Source: Spirochaetia bacterium | Lineage (GTDB): Bacteria > Spirochaetota > Spirochaetia > UBA9216 | DNA: 64,000 nucleotides | Direction of reading: 5' to 3' | Assembly: GCA_963675665.1 (NCBI GenBank) | Contig: OY776510.1 | Span: forward strand, 2,080,001 to 2,144,000 | In this document: one piece after another, positions 29,695 to 39,859 of the stretch | Numbering within the stretch: the first letter of the stretch is position 1 | How the letters are laid out: every line of letters starts with the position of its first letter | The notes under the pieces: generated by a model | Told to the model about the DNA's origin: nothing | The model's input: the letters and a program-made list of their open reading frames with translations, nothing else | Databases searched by the model: none | Made by a program: the position numbers and the translations under genes

Positions 29695-31716
29695 TTACTG
29701 TCTGTTTTTGTCCTGATTCTTTTGTTTGATCAAATCTGCGAGAGTAAAAGTATCGGAACTGTTTTCGGAATATTGTTTTATCAGCTTTCTTGCTACTGCT
29801 TTTTCCTTTTGCGAGGGTTTGCGGTATCCGTACGGATTTCTGTCTTCAGGTTCTTCTTCGTACCCGCATGACAAGGAGCGGCAAACGTAGATTTCCCGAC
29901 CCTTTTTATCTTTGACCGGCATCATCATTCTTCCGCATAACGGGCAGGGTTTGTTGCTGAAGTCAGCAGGCTTATAACTCTTTCCGCCGGTTTTAACAGA
30001 CGCTACAAGTTCTTCCGTGTTCTTTTTGATGTCGGCTGTAAACGAGCCCGCTTTTTCCCTGCCTTCGGCAATACCTGCCAGTCGGAGTTCCCATTCTGCT
30101 GTTAACTCCGGAGATTTAAGCTGTTCAGGTGCCAGGGTCAGGACTTCATCGCCGGCCCGGGTAATTCTCAGAACGCCGTTGCTGCGTTCGATGTATCGGT
30201 TTGAAATTAGTTTTTCTATAATATCAGCCCGGGTTGCCGGGGTTCCTAGGTTGTGTTTCTCCATCGATGCAAGGAGCGTCGCTTCAGTCAGGTGAGGCGG
30301 AGGGGTTGTCTGTTTCTGCTGAAGCTGTGTTTTTTCAATCCTGAGTTTTTGGCCCGTTTCGAGATCTCCTGTTCGTCCGGATCCTGTTTCTTCAGAATCG
30401 GACACATCCACTGCGCGGAATTCTATCGCACGCCAGCCTTCGCTGATTACATTTGAAGAGCTTATAAAAAATGATTCTCCGGCTGCACGAATCTCGGCGC
30501 TTTTTTTAACATATTTATGCGAAGGCGACAGAACCGCCAGAAAACGTTTCACAATCATGTTCCACAGGGCTTTTTCTTCTGCCGAAAGCCTGTCGGTTTT
30601 TACATTTTCTTCCGTCGGGATTATGGCATGGTGATCACTTACCCTGCTGTCGTCAAACAGGCGTTTTCCGGGTTTTGGGTTTGAATTCAGAATTTCATTC
30701 GCGCGTTTCTTCCAGTCCGTTCCGTTCAGGGCTTTGAGCCTTTCGGGAATGGTCGGTTCAATGTCGGCAGTAAGATAGCGTGAGTCGGTCCGGGGGTATG
30801 TGACGATTTTATGGCGTTCATAGAGTCCCTGAAGGATCTTCAGTGTCTGTTTCGCCGAATATCCGAGCGTACGGTTGGCTTCCTGCTGCAGCGCCGTCAG
30901 GTCATAAGCCAGCGGCGGGGGGACGCTGTGGTCCTTCTCTGTTACGCTGATTATTTCTGCTTCGGCATTTTTCAGTTTTGAACCGAGTTCCGCCGCGGCT
31001 GTTTCACTGAAGATCCTGCTGCCGGATTTTCCGCGCCATGATGCTGAAAACCCTCCGAAATTAGCCTCAAGCGTCCAGTAGGGTTTTGGTTTGAAATCAC
31101 GAATCTGCTGTTCACGGGCCTGCACCATGGCAAGCGACGGTGTCTGGACGCGGCCTGCAGACAGCCGGGTGTCGTATGTGCATGACAGGGCGCGCGTTAC
31201 ATTAAGCCCTATAAGCCAGTCCGCTTCTGCGCGGCATTCGGCCGCATGCATCAATTTATCGTAATCACGGCCGGGTTTCAGGTTTTTCATGCCTTCGAGT
31301 ATGGCTTTATCCGTTTGTGAGCTTATCCACAGGCGCTGAAACGGGCCTTTATACCCGGCCAGCCGCATTATCCACCGTGCAACAAGTTCTCCTTCGCGCC
31401 CGGCGTCGGTTGCGATTATCAGGTTTCCGACATCGTTTCGATGCATCAGTTTTTTAATCGTACTGAACTGTTGTGATGTTCGTCCTATAACCTTATGCTT
31501 CATCCGTTCAGGGATTATAGGCAGATGATCTGTTTTCCATTCCCTGAATGCAGGATCATGGGCGCCCGGATCAGCCAGCTCAACAAGATGTCCCATTGCC
31601 CAGGTTACAATATAATTATCGCCTTCGATATGGCTTTTGGTCTTTTTTCCGCATTTGAGAACGCGGGCAAGCTCGCGCCCTACGCTCGGCTTCTCGGCGA
31701 GGATTAATGTTTTCAT
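29695..31716 (-). CDS. topB: DNA topoisomerase III
   Basis: LILAEKPS, ATDAGREGE, SAGRVQTP, TYPRTDS, LGTPATRA; C-terminal CPLC...CRSLSC zinc ribbon. Confidence 0.95.
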   Translation of the reverse strand: MKTLILAEKPSVGRELARVLKCGKKTKSHIEGDNYIVTWAMGHLVELADPGAHDPAFREWKTDHLPIIPERMKHKVIGRTSQQFSTIKKLMHRNDVGNLIIATDAGREGELVARWIMRLAGYKGPFQRLWISSQTDKAILEGMKNLKPGRDYDKLMHAAECRAEADWLIGLNVTRALSCTYDTRLSAGRVQTPSLAMVQAREQQIRDFKPKPYWTLEANFGGFSASWRGKSGSRIFSETAAAELGSKLKNAEAEIISVTEKDHSVPPPLAYDLTALQQEANRTLGYSAKQTLKILQGLYERHKIVTYPRTDSRYLTADIEPTIPERLKALNGTDWKKRANEILNSNPKPGKRLFDDSRVSDHHAIIPTEENVKTDRLSAEEKALWNMIVKRFLAVLSPSHKYVKKSAEIRAAGESFFISSSNVISEGWRAIEFRAVDVSDSEETGSGRTGDLETGQKLRIEKTQLQQKQTTPPPHLTEATLLASMEKHNLGTPATRADIIEKLISNRYIERSNGVLRITRAGDEVLTLAPEQLKSPELTAEWELRLAGIAEGREKAGSFTADIKKNTEELVASVKTGGKSYKPADFSNKPCPLCGRMMMPVKDKKGREIYVCRSLSCGYEEEPEDRNPYGYRKPSQKEKAVARKLIKQYSENSSDTFTLADLIKQKNQDKNRQ

Positions 31717-31791
31717 GGAGCTGATTTTAATATTAATCATTAAAAGTTGAAAGTCGGTTTATATATTCGGGGTCATCAGTATTTAATACCT

Positions 31792-32343
31792 TTATTCAAA
31801 CCTTTCAATTACAGCCTTTTCATGTAATTCGGAAAGTAAACGGGCAAGTGCTTTTTGTTTTTCTTCTTCTGAAATACTGCCAAGTTCATATCCCGCACTT
31901 TTCAGCTCACTGGTTGCGAGAAGATCTATCCTGAGAGATGTCCGGATTTCTTCCCTCAGCCTGTTTTCGGATATACCTGTCTGTTTAAGAAAATTATAAT
32001 ATTGCTGTTTTTCCGGAAACTGATTTTTCAGCATCAGCAGATTATTCTCAATTTCTTCAGCGTCTATTATTATATTTCGTTCTGCACATGCCTGAATAAG
32101 GAGGTGTTTATTGATGAGCGTTTCGATTACCATGTTTCGAAGTTCTTCAACTCGGGCATAATTAAGCGGAACTTTCTGCTGCTCGCCGACAATCATTGCC
32201 TGATACTCTATCTGCCCAAGTTCGAAATTGATTTCATCTTCGGTTATTTCATAACCGTTCACATTTACAACCGCGACGGAATTTTCAGAAAATGCGGGTA
32301 TAACAAAAAATACTGATAACATTATTACCGAAAGAATCTTCAT
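31792..32343 (-). CDS. SurA N-terminal-domain secreted chaperone-like protein (no PPIase domain)
   Basis: Signal peptide; VAVVNVNGYEIT, IETLINKHLLIQ, ELHEKAVIE. Confidence 0.75.
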   Translation of the reverse strand: MKILSVIMLSVFFVIPAFSENSVAVVNVNGYEITEDEINFELGQIEYQAMIVGEQQKVPLNYARVEELRNMVIETLINKHLLIQACAERNIIIDAEEIENNLLMLKNQFPEKQQYYNFLKQTGISENRLREEIRTSLRIDLLATSELKSAGYELGSISEEEKQKALARLLSELHEKAVIERFE

Positions 32344-32422
32344 TAAAAACTCCTGTTTTGAGAATACAGTATATAATCCATCCGCTTAACAAGTCAAATT
32401 ATTAAACATAAATAATATTATT

Positions 32423-32574
32423 TGTCTCATATAACAGACGGTTATTCTGATAAAAACGACAAGAACCTGCCGGCCGGTATTCGTTTCTGTAAACCGGTAA
32501 TCCGTTAAGTTTAAGCAGCATAAGGAATAATAATTTTAGGTGGTATCTGCTGAGAAGTTGGCATATGCATTGCA
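32423..32574 (+). promoter_or_regulatory. sigma54 promoter with candidate upstream activator sites
   Basis: TGGCAT-ATGCA-TTGCA at 32559-32574 (GG/GC correctly spaced); TGTC-N10-GACG at 32423 and a related site ending GACA at 32461. Confidence 0.8.
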
Positions 32575-32611
32575 ATGTATCACATAAAACAAATTTTTCT
32601 AAGGAGAACTT

Positions 32612-33250
32612 ATGAGTGTTCATGAAGTAAAACTTGAACGTCTTCGTGATATCGGAATGAAGGAGTTTTCAGCCTTCGGCCGTATTATCGGAAGAGATGA
32701 AGACACTGAGGAAGGTAAATATAATTTACATCCGATTGATGCAAAAGCAGCTGTTGATAATGACATGATCAAAGCCTACTGGGACCTGCTCCCGTTTGAA
32801 TTGTCTGATCAGGAACGTTTCTCAATGGGAATGCTTTTTCTCAAATCCAAGGACCCGGGAGAACCTATCGACTGGACCGAGTGCCATAAAGATACCTATG
32901 AATTCTTTTTCCCGCTCGGCGGCAAACAGCTGATATTTATTCTCTGTCCGCCCATGGCTGTGCCGGATCCCGCTCAAACCAGAGCTTTTCTTGTAGGGCC
33001 GGATGAGGGTGTGCTTCTGGACAAAGGCACCTGGCACTATCCGCCGTTCGCGATTAACGGTATTACACCCTGCCTGATGCCCCGATACGGAAAACTTGCC
33101 CCGAGGACCGGAAAGGTTACCCATGCGTATGGAAAAGACTGGCCGACGGAAGGTCCCGGATGGATAGAAGGAACACTTCATGCTCTGAACACCGAATTTT
33201 ACGGAGGAGAGCATACAAACGATGAATACGATATAAAAATTGTATTGTAA
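32612..33250 (+). CDS. Ureidoglycolate lyase (AllA)-like cupin
   Basis: FSAFGRII, ECHKDTYEFFFPL, RAFLV...GVLLDKGTWHYPP resemble AllA motifs; substrate uncertain. Confidence 0.75.
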   Translation: MSVHEVKLERLRDIGMKEFSAFGRIIGRDEDTEEGKYNLHPIDAKAAVDNDMIKAYWDLLPFELSDQERFSMGMLFLKSKDPGEPIDWTECHKDTYEFFFPLGGKQLIFILCPPMAVPDPAQTRAFLVGPDEGVLLDKGTWHYPPFAINGITPCLMPRYGKLAPRTGKVTHAYGKDWPTEGPGWIEGTLHALNTEFYGGEHTNDEYDIKIVL

Positions 33251-33282
33251 TAACATCAGTGCATAAAGAAGGAGGACTAATT

Positions 33283-34596
33283 ATGTACGGAAAATCTTTC
33301 AGAAAAGCAGCATTACTGCTTATTTGTGTTTTTCTTTTGGCGGGGACTTACTGCTTCGCAAACGGAGAACAGGAACAGGGCGCTGCGGCGGAAGGCCCGC
33401 AGAAAATGCTTACCACTTACGCCACAATGGCTAACGATTTTTTTCTGACTTTTGATCAGGGAGCCAGAGAAGCCGTAGAAGCTTTGGGTAACGAATACGT
33501 TGCCGCAACCGACGATCGAAAACCGGAAAAGTTCATCTCCAGTATGTCGTCTTATGCTGCTTCCAATGTAAAGATGATGTCGGGATATTCACCGACTATC
33601 GGCTCGGTTATCGAAGCTACAAAACTGGTTAACCGCGAAAAGGTATATTACTCAAACGTTCTTGAAATTGCCGACTGGTGGACGCCTCTTGACGCAGGCC
33701 CATACTGGGGAATGTTTCATTTTCCTGATGCCCGTGCGATAGGAATGCAGGGAGGCGACGTAATGGCTGAAGCTCTGGGCGAAAAAGGCAAGACCCTTCT
33801 TCTTCTGGGTTTTCCCGGATCAAAGGCCGGCAACGACCGCGGACTCGGCTACGAGATTGCTCTTGAAAAGTATCCCCAGATGGAAATCCTTGCTGAAGAA
33901 TACGGCGATTTCACAAGGGACAAAGGCTACAGCGTAACTGCCGACTGGATTATTAAATACGGCGACGAAATTGACGGTATTTACTGTACCAACACAAGTA
34001 TGGCTGTAGGTGCGGCTGTTGCCTGCAAGGAAGCCGGCCTGACCGACGTCAAGATTATCGGAACCGACGCCAATAAAGAAAATATGAAATATCTGCAGGA
34101 CGGAAGCATCTATGGTATCTGCGGAATATTCGGCCCCTGGCTTGCCGGACATGCAGCTGTTGTTGCTTATGACATGTATCACGGCTGGGAACCAACAGTT
34201 CCTGAAACAATGATGTCTACCGGATTTATTATGCTCACACAGGATAATGCCGACTGGTACATCGATACTTTCTGCGGCGATAAACTTCCGTATGACTGGA
34301 AGAAGATGTCCCGCACACTTAATCCCGACACCTGGGACCCGCAGAACCTGATGGTTCCGATCGATCCGAATACATTTTCCAACTGGGAATTTGTTGAGAA
34401 ACCCAAGGGATATGAAGTACCCAAGGAATATGCCGAAGCATTGGCTGCAGGCGAATACAAAGAGATTCGTCAACTGTATCTTGATCATTTCAAGGACCAT
34501 ACAACCGTGCCTCCTTCATCTTCTGCACCCTATGACAAGGTTTTTGCTTCAAATAATATAGGCAGCGAAACAGTCGTTGACTATGTATTAAAATAA
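33283..34596 (+). CDS. Sugar-type ABC transporter substrate-binding protein
   Basis: Signal FANGEQE; RbsB-like ANDFF, GNDRGLGY, GIYCTN, IIGTDA; long C-terminal tail with WDPQN. Confidence 0.88.
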   Translation: MYGKSFRKAALLLICVFLLAGTYCFANGEQEQGAAAEGPQKMLTTYATMANDFFLTFDQGAREAVEALGNEYVAATDDRKPEKFISSMSSYAASNVKMMSGYSPTIGSVIEATKLVNREKVYYSNVLEIADWWTPLDAGPYWGMFHFPDARAIGMQGGDVMAEALGEKGKTLLLLGFPGSKAGNDRGLGYEIALEKYPQMEILAEEYGDFTRDKGYSVTADWIIKYGDEIDGIYCTNTSMAVGAAVACKEAGLTDVKIIGTDANKENMKYLQDGSIYGICGIFGPWLAGHAAVVAYDMYHGWEPTVPETMMSTGFIMLTQDNADWYIDTFCGDKLPYDWKKMSRTLNPDTWDPQNLMVPIDPNTFSNWEFVEKPKGYEVPKEYAEALAAGEYKEIRQLYLDHFKDHTTVPPSSSAPYDKVFASNNIGSETVVDYVLK

Positions 34597-34610
34597 TCAA
34601 CTGATTGACG

Positions 34611-34634
34611 CACGGGCGGCATGAGTCGCCCGTG
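34611..34634 (+). terminator. Stem-loop after the binding-protein gene (mRNA stabiliser)
   Basis: CACGGGCGGC-ATGA-GTCGCCCGTG. Confidence 0.6.
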
Positions 34635-34654
34635 TACTTAAAAAGGATAACAAT

Positions 34655-35626
34655 GTGACTGCCGATGTGAGGAAAACAACTAAAATCGATATAAAAAAAG
34701 TCGTCAATCTGGTGCCGGTTATTGTAATAGTCGCCCTGATGATAATTTTTTCTTTTCTTTCACCAGCATTTATCAGATTAAGAAATATTATAGAGATACT
34801 TCAGCTGTCGTCAATTTATCTGCTGATTGCCGCAGGGGTTACCTTTCCGATTTTAATGGGAAGTATTGACCTGTCGATTACCGGAATAATTGTAGGTTCA
34901 GGAGTGCTTGCCGCGACATTTGCTCCTGTGGGAGGTTTGTTTACAGTATTTTTAATTCTGTTTATTGGCTTATGCCTCGGGTTGTTTAACGGGTTTTTGG
35001 TAGCCAGGGTGAAACTTCCTTCGTTTATCGTCACGCTTGCCACAAATTTCATATATTGCGGAATAGCGGTTGCGCTGACGGAAGGATATAACATAAATAT
35101 CAGGAGTAATTTCTTCAGTAATATTTCAAACGGAAGAATTATTCCGGGAATTCCGAACAGCATTATTCTGGCCGGAATAATATACATCGTCTTTGTATAT
35201 CTGAGCGAGAAGACCAAGACGGGAAGATATATCATGGCCATCGGAGGCAAAGAGGATGTTGCCGCTCGAATGGGTATAAACGTTGCCAAGTACAAAATAA
35301 TTGCTTTCGCTTTATCGGGTCTTCTGATTGGTTGCGGGACCCTGTTTTTGTCCTCCCGTCTCGGCATGGCTTCGGCCCAGCTGGGTTCGGGGTATCTGTT
35401 CAGCACCCTGATTGCCGTTGTGGTAGGAGGCACCGCCCTCTCCGGCGGGGTAGGCGGGGTCAGGCGGACAATTCTCGGGGTGCTGATAATTACCATCCTT
35501 GAAAACGGAATGACTCTCGGCGGCATTGACGTGAGAATACAGTATATGGTCAAGGCTGTAATACTTATCGGTTCTGTTTATCTGATATCCATTCCGAACA
35601 GATCACGTCAGGATTTAATGAAATAA
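34655..35626 (+). CDS. Sugar ABC transporter permease (RbsC-like)
   Basis: GSIDLS, PSFIVTLA, AIGG, AVVVGGTALSGG. Confidence 0.93.
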   Translation: MTADVRKTTKIDIKKVVNLVPVIVIVALMIIFSFLSPAFIRLRNIIEILQLSSIYLLIAAGVTFPILMGSIDLSITGIIVGSGVLAATFAPVGGLFTVFLILFIGLCLGLFNGFLVARVKLPSFIVTLATNFIYCGIAVALTEGYNINIRSNFFSNISNGRIIPGIPNSIILAGIIYIVFVYLSEKTKTGRYIMAIGGKEDVAARMGINVAKYKIIAFALSGLLIGCGTLFLSSRLGMASAQLGSGYLFSTLIAVVVGGTALSGGVGGVRRTILGVLIITILENGMTLGGIDVRIQYMVKAVILIGSVYLISIPNRSRQDLMK

Positions 35627-35638
35627 AGGGTTTACTAA

Positions 35639-36589
35639 ATGAAAGAATCAGTAAATAAAATGACGGCCTTGATGAAGTATCTTCCTTTGCTTCTGCTGGT
35701 TGTCGTGAGCTTGTTTTTCGGCATACTTTTTCCCAGGTTTTTTTCAATTCAGAACGTATTGAATCTTATACGGCAAATGTCGTTTCTGATGATAGTATCA
35801 CTGGGCATGACATTTATAATCCTGATGGGCAGTATTGATGCGTCGGTTGGAGCGAATGCAACTTTCTGCGGGGTTATCGGAGCGCTGCTTGCGCCGTATC
35901 TCGGCGGAGGGGCGGTAATTGCAGGACTTATGGCGGGAGCCGGTGTAGGCGCTCTCAACGGCCTGATTGTCACCAGGGTAAAAGTTCCGTCCTTTCTTGT
36001 AACGCTCGCATTGATGGGGGCCCTCGACGGCGCGGCGCTGCTGCTGATGCACAGTTCTCCCGTTAATATATCAAACCAGGTTTTTCTTGACTTTTCCAAC
36101 GGGTCCCTTCTGTTTTCGTTTCCGAACGTGGATCTGATTCCGCTTGTAGCGATTGTCGTCTGCTATTATGTAATCGGTAAAACAGCATTTGGACGTTCGC
36201 TTTATGCAATAGGCGGAAACGAAAAGGCAACGTTTTATTCCGGAATAAGGGTCAGACAGATACAGATTATCGCGTTTATGATCTCGGGGATTATGTCAGG
36301 TTTTGCCGGTTGTCTTCAGGCTTCCATGTTTGAAGCAGCCTGCCCTTATATGGGCGAATCGCTTCTGATGAATTCAATCGCTGCGGTTGTTATAGGCGGA
36401 ACACAGCTGAGCGGCGGAGTAGGCGGCCCGTTACGGACGGTTTTCGGCGTTGTACTGATTGCGATAATCAGCAGCGGAATGAATTTTATGGGGCTGGAAC
36501 CGGCAACACGCCACATAGTTACCGGAGCGATTATGATCCTTGCAGTTTCAGTAAATATCGATCGTTCGAAGATGGCTTATGTCAAATAG
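35639..36589 (+). CDS. Sugar ABC transporter permease (RbsC-like)
   Basis: GSIDAS, PSFLVTLA, FGRSLYAIGGN, AAVVIGGT. Confidence 0.93.
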   Translation: MKESVNKMTALMKYLPLLLLVVVSLFFGILFPRFFSIQNVLNLIRQMSFLMIVSLGMTFIILMGSIDASVGANATFCGVIGALLAPYLGGGAVIAGLMAGAGVGALNGLIVTRVKVPSFLVTLALMGALDGAALLLMHSSPVNISNQVFLDFSNGSLLFSFPNVDLIPLVAIVVCYYVIGKTAFGRSLYAIGGNEKATFYSGIRVRQIQIIAFMISGIMSGFAGCLQASMFEAACPYMGESLLMNSIAAVVIGGTQLSGGVGGPLRTVFGVVLIAIISSGMNFMGLEPATRHIVTGAIMILAVSVNIDRSKMAYVK

Positions 36590-36611
36590 TATTACAGGTT
36601 GAGGTGGATAT

Positions 36612-38147
36612 ATGTACGGAGAAACGGAAATACTGTTCAAAGCTGAAGGAATTACTAAGCAGTTTCCCGGTGTAAGAGCTTTAAATAATGTAAATGTTGA
36701 AATACGAAAGAATGAAATCCTGGGATTGTCCGGAGAGAACGGCGCCGGCAAATCGACATTAATGAAAATAATTGCAGGTGTTTATTTGAAAGATAACGGC
36801 CGGATGCTGCTGAAGGGCCGGGATTATAACCCGATGAATTACCGTGAGGGCACTTCCCTGGGAATCTCAATGGTTTTTCAGGAACAGAACCTCGTGCCGA
36901 ACCTCTATGGTTATGAAAATATTTTCCTGTCGCACGAAAAGTTTTTTATAAGAAAAAACGGAATACTTGATTCAAAAGCCATGATAGAAAAAACCCGGGA
37001 CTATTTTAAGCAGTTTGAAATAGACGCCGATCCCGCAAAAAAGGTTTCCAGTTATTCTTTTCACCAGAGGCAGCTTGTCGAGATAGTTCGTGCGTTTATG
37101 ATATCCGAATTGTACGGAATCTCTCATCCGCTTATTCTTCTGGACGAGCCTACAGCGGCTTTATCGGAGAAAGAGAGGGAGCTTCTGTTTTCAAAGATAA
37201 AAAAATATTCCGACAGCGCAACATTCTGTCTTATTTCTCACAGATTGTCTGAAATGATGAGCTACTGCAGCCGAATTCTTGTTCTTAAGGACGGCGAACT
37301 TGTCGGAGAGGTGGACCCGGAGAAATCGGAAGAGCATGATCTGCATACAATGATGGTAGGACGGGAAGTCAGCAGGGACATCTACGGGATTTCAAGACAG
37401 TTCGACGAATATACTGATGAAACAGTTATGGAACTGAAAGGGCTGAACCTGCCCGGGAAGTATGAAAATATAGATATAAAACTGAACAAAGGGATGATTC
37501 TCGGGGTCGGCGGGCTTGTCGGCTGCGGCAAACGCGAACTGGGCAAGGCGATATATGGTATTGATGAATACCAGTCGGGCGAAGTGCTGATAAAAAACGA
37601 TCCTGTAAAAAAAGGAGCAATCTCGGCAATGGTAAGCCGCCGTGTCGGATATATCCCTGCCGAACGCAAGGGTTACGGGATAATCGAGTATCTGCCGGTA
37701 AGCTGGAATATAAGTCTGCCGAGCATCTTTTCTCTCGTGAACAAGGCGTTAATGAAAATTAACAGAAAAAAGGAAAATGCGCTTATAGAAAAATATATTA
37801 AGAGATTCCGGATAAAGGCTTCTCCGGAGGATATGTGCTTCTCTCTCAGCGGAGGCAACCAGCAAAAGGTTGTGCTGGCTAAATGGATTGCAAAAAATCT
37901 TGATATCATAATCCTTGATAATCCGACGCGGGGCGTGGATGTAGGCGCAAAGGAGGAAATCTATTCGCTGTTGAGAGAGATAGTTAAAGAAGGCGTTTCG
38001 GTCCTGATGATTACGGACGATCTGCTTGAGCTGATTGGTTTAAGCAACCGGATAATAATAATGAAAGAGGGCCGGATCACGGACGTCAGGGAAGCCGGCC
38101 GGCAAAGCAAGCCGACTGAAAAAGAACTGGTCAGATATATGGTCTGA
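36612..38147 (+). CDS. Sugar ABC transporter ATPase (RbsA-like, two domains)
   Basis: GENGAGKST, LLDEPT, LSGGNQQK, PTRGVDVGAK. Confidence 0.95.
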   Translation: MYGETEILFKAEGITKQFPGVRALNNVNVEIRKNEILGLSGENGAGKSTLMKIIAGVYLKDNGRMLLKGRDYNPMNYREGTSLGISMVFQEQNLVPNLYGYENIFLSHEKFFIRKNGILDSKAMIEKTRDYFKQFEIDADPAKKVSSYSFHQRQLVEIVRAFMISELYGISHPLILLDEPTAALSEKERELLFSKIKKYSDSATFCLISHRLSEMMSYCSRILVLKDGELVGEVDPEKSEEHDLHTMMVGREVSRDIYGISRQFDEYTDETVMELKGLNLPGKYENIDIKLNKGMILGVGGLVGCGKRELGKAIYGIDEYQSGEVLIKNDPVKKGAISAMVSRRVGYIPAERKGYGIIEYLPVSWNISLPSIFSLVNKALMKINRKKENALIEKYIKRFRIKASPEDMCFSLSGGNQQKVVLAKWIAKNLDIIILDNPTRGVDVGAKEEIYSLLREIVKEGVSVLMITDDLLELIGLSNRIIIMKEGRITDVREAGRQSKPTEKELVRYMV

Positions 38148-38171
38148 TATTTATAAAGACAAGAGGTGTTC

Positions 38172-39167
38172 ATGAAAAAGATAATAAATACGGTTGAATC
38201 TGTTGTATTTGATATGTGTAAAGGCTTTGCCCTTGCTCATAAGGATTATGTTGAACTTGATGAAAAATACAGAATCATTCATCGAAAGAACATAGATACT
38301 GGAAAGGTGAATCTTATCAGCGGCGGAGGGAGCGGCCATGAACCGAGTCATGCGGGTTTTGTCGGAAAGGGAATGCTTGACGGTGCGGTTTGCGGAGATG
38401 TTTTTGCGTCTCCGTCGGTAATGCAGATTTACAATGCAATAACGAAACTGGAGTCGGACAAAGGGGTTTTGCTGATTATCAAGAATTACTCCGGCGATGT
38501 AATGAATTTTAACGGAGCTGCTGAAATGGCGGAAGAGGATGATGGTATTACCGTGGAAAAAGTTTACGTCAACGATGATGTGGCTGTAACCGACAGCCTG
38601 TACACGGTCGGCAGGCGCGGAGTTGCAGGCACTGTTTTTGTACATAAGATAGCTGGCGCTTCGGCTGAATCGGGAGCGGAATTGCCGGAAGTTAAACGGG
38701 TTGCCGAAAAGGTGATTTCAAATGTCAGAACAATGGGTTTTGCTTTGACTTCCTGTACCGTGCCGGCCAAAGGCGAACCAACCTTTGATATTGAAGACGG
38801 CGATATAGAGTTCGGGGTAGGCATACACGGCGAACCTGGAGTCTCAAGAGAAAAAACCGTTAACGCAAAGGACCTGGCGGAAAGGGTCGTCGGCAGGATA
38901 CTGGAGGATATGCCGATAGAGAAGGGCAGCGATACAGCTGTACTGCTTAACGGCCTCGGCGGTACTCCGGTCCAGGAGCTGTATATCCTTTATAACGAGG
39001 TCTGCAGAATATTGGAAGAAAAAGAGATTAATGTTTATTTCAACATGGTAGGCAATTATATGACCTCGCTGGATATGGCCGGGGCTTCCGTCAGTATTTT
39101 AAGATTGGATAATGAGTTAAAGGCCCTTCTTGAAGCGGAAGCGGATACCCCCGCCCTGAAAATATAG
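38172..39167 (+). CDS. dhaK: Dihydroxyacetone kinase subunit K
   Basis: MKKIIN, SGGGSGHEP, KNYSGD, GRRGVAG, GIHGEPG. Confidence 0.96.
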   Translation: MKKIINTVESVVFDMCKGFALAHKDYVELDEKYRIIHRKNIDTGKVNLISGGGSGHEPSHAGFVGKGMLDGAVCGDVFASPSVMQIYNAITKLESDKGVLLIIKNYSGDVMNFNGAAEMAEEDDGITVEKVYVNDDVAVTDSLYTVGRRGVAGTVFVHKIAGASAESGAELPEVKRVAEKVISNVRTMGFALTSCTVPAKGEPTFDIEDGDIEFGVGIHGEPGVSREKTVNAKDLAERVVGRILEDMPIEKGSDTAVLLNGLGGTPVQELYILYNEVCRILEEKEINVYFNMVGNYMTSLDMAGASVSILRLDNELKALLEAEADTPALKI

Positions 39168-39188
39168 GGAAATTGCAGGAGAAATATA

Positions 39189-39824
39189 ATGAATAAACTG
39201 AACATAATAGACATCAAAAAAATAATTAAAATTACGGCGGAAACAGTGCTGGAAAATGAAAAGCATTTCTGTGATCTCGATGCGGTAACAGGCGACGGCG
39301 ATTTCGGGGCAACTCTGGCAAAAGGTTTTAGGGCTATTCTGAATGATCTTGACAGTTTAGCGAAAGATGATATCGGCGAGCTGATAAAATCCATGGGATT
39401 GACAATGATGGATGTCTGCGGAGGCGCTACAGGTTCGCTTTGGGGATCAGGTTTCCGTGCAATGGGAAAGAGCGCAAAAGGCAAAACAGAAGTGGATCTC
39501 TCTGATATAAGCGAAATGACCGAAAGTTTTATAAAAGGAATGCAGAAGGTCGGAGGAGCGGAATTAGGAGATAAAACCCTGCTGGACGCCTTGATTCCTG
39601 CGGCAGAATCGATGGAAAAGGATGCCGCTTCCGGTACGGCAATTCCTTCCGCAATGAAGAATGCCGGTGAAGCAGCGGCGTCGGGAGCTGAAGAAACAAA
39701 AAAAATGAAAGCAAGAAAAGGACGTGCCACATATCTTGGAGAGCGCAGCCTGGGGCATCCTGATGCCGGCGCTGAAGCGATAAACGTTCTTTTTAAGTCG
39801 GTTAATGATAATTTCTTTTGTTAG
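39189..39824 (+). CDS. dhaL: Dihydroxyacetone kinase subunit L
   Basis: LDAVTGDGDFG, GDKTLLD, KGRATYLGERSLGHPDAGA. Confidence 0.96.
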   Translation: MNKLNIIDIKKIIKITAETVLENEKHFCDLDAVTGDGDFGATLAKGFRAILNDLDSLAKDDIGELIKSMGLTMMDVCGGATGSLWGSGFRAMGKSAKGKTEVDLSDISEMTESFIKGMQKVGGAELGDKTLLDALIPAAESMEKDAASGTAIPSAMKNAGEAAASGAEETKKMKARKGRATYLGERSLGHPDAGAEAINVLFKSVNDNFFC

Positions 39825-39859
39825 TTGCGAATAGCATATAGCGCTGTTACAATATTCGA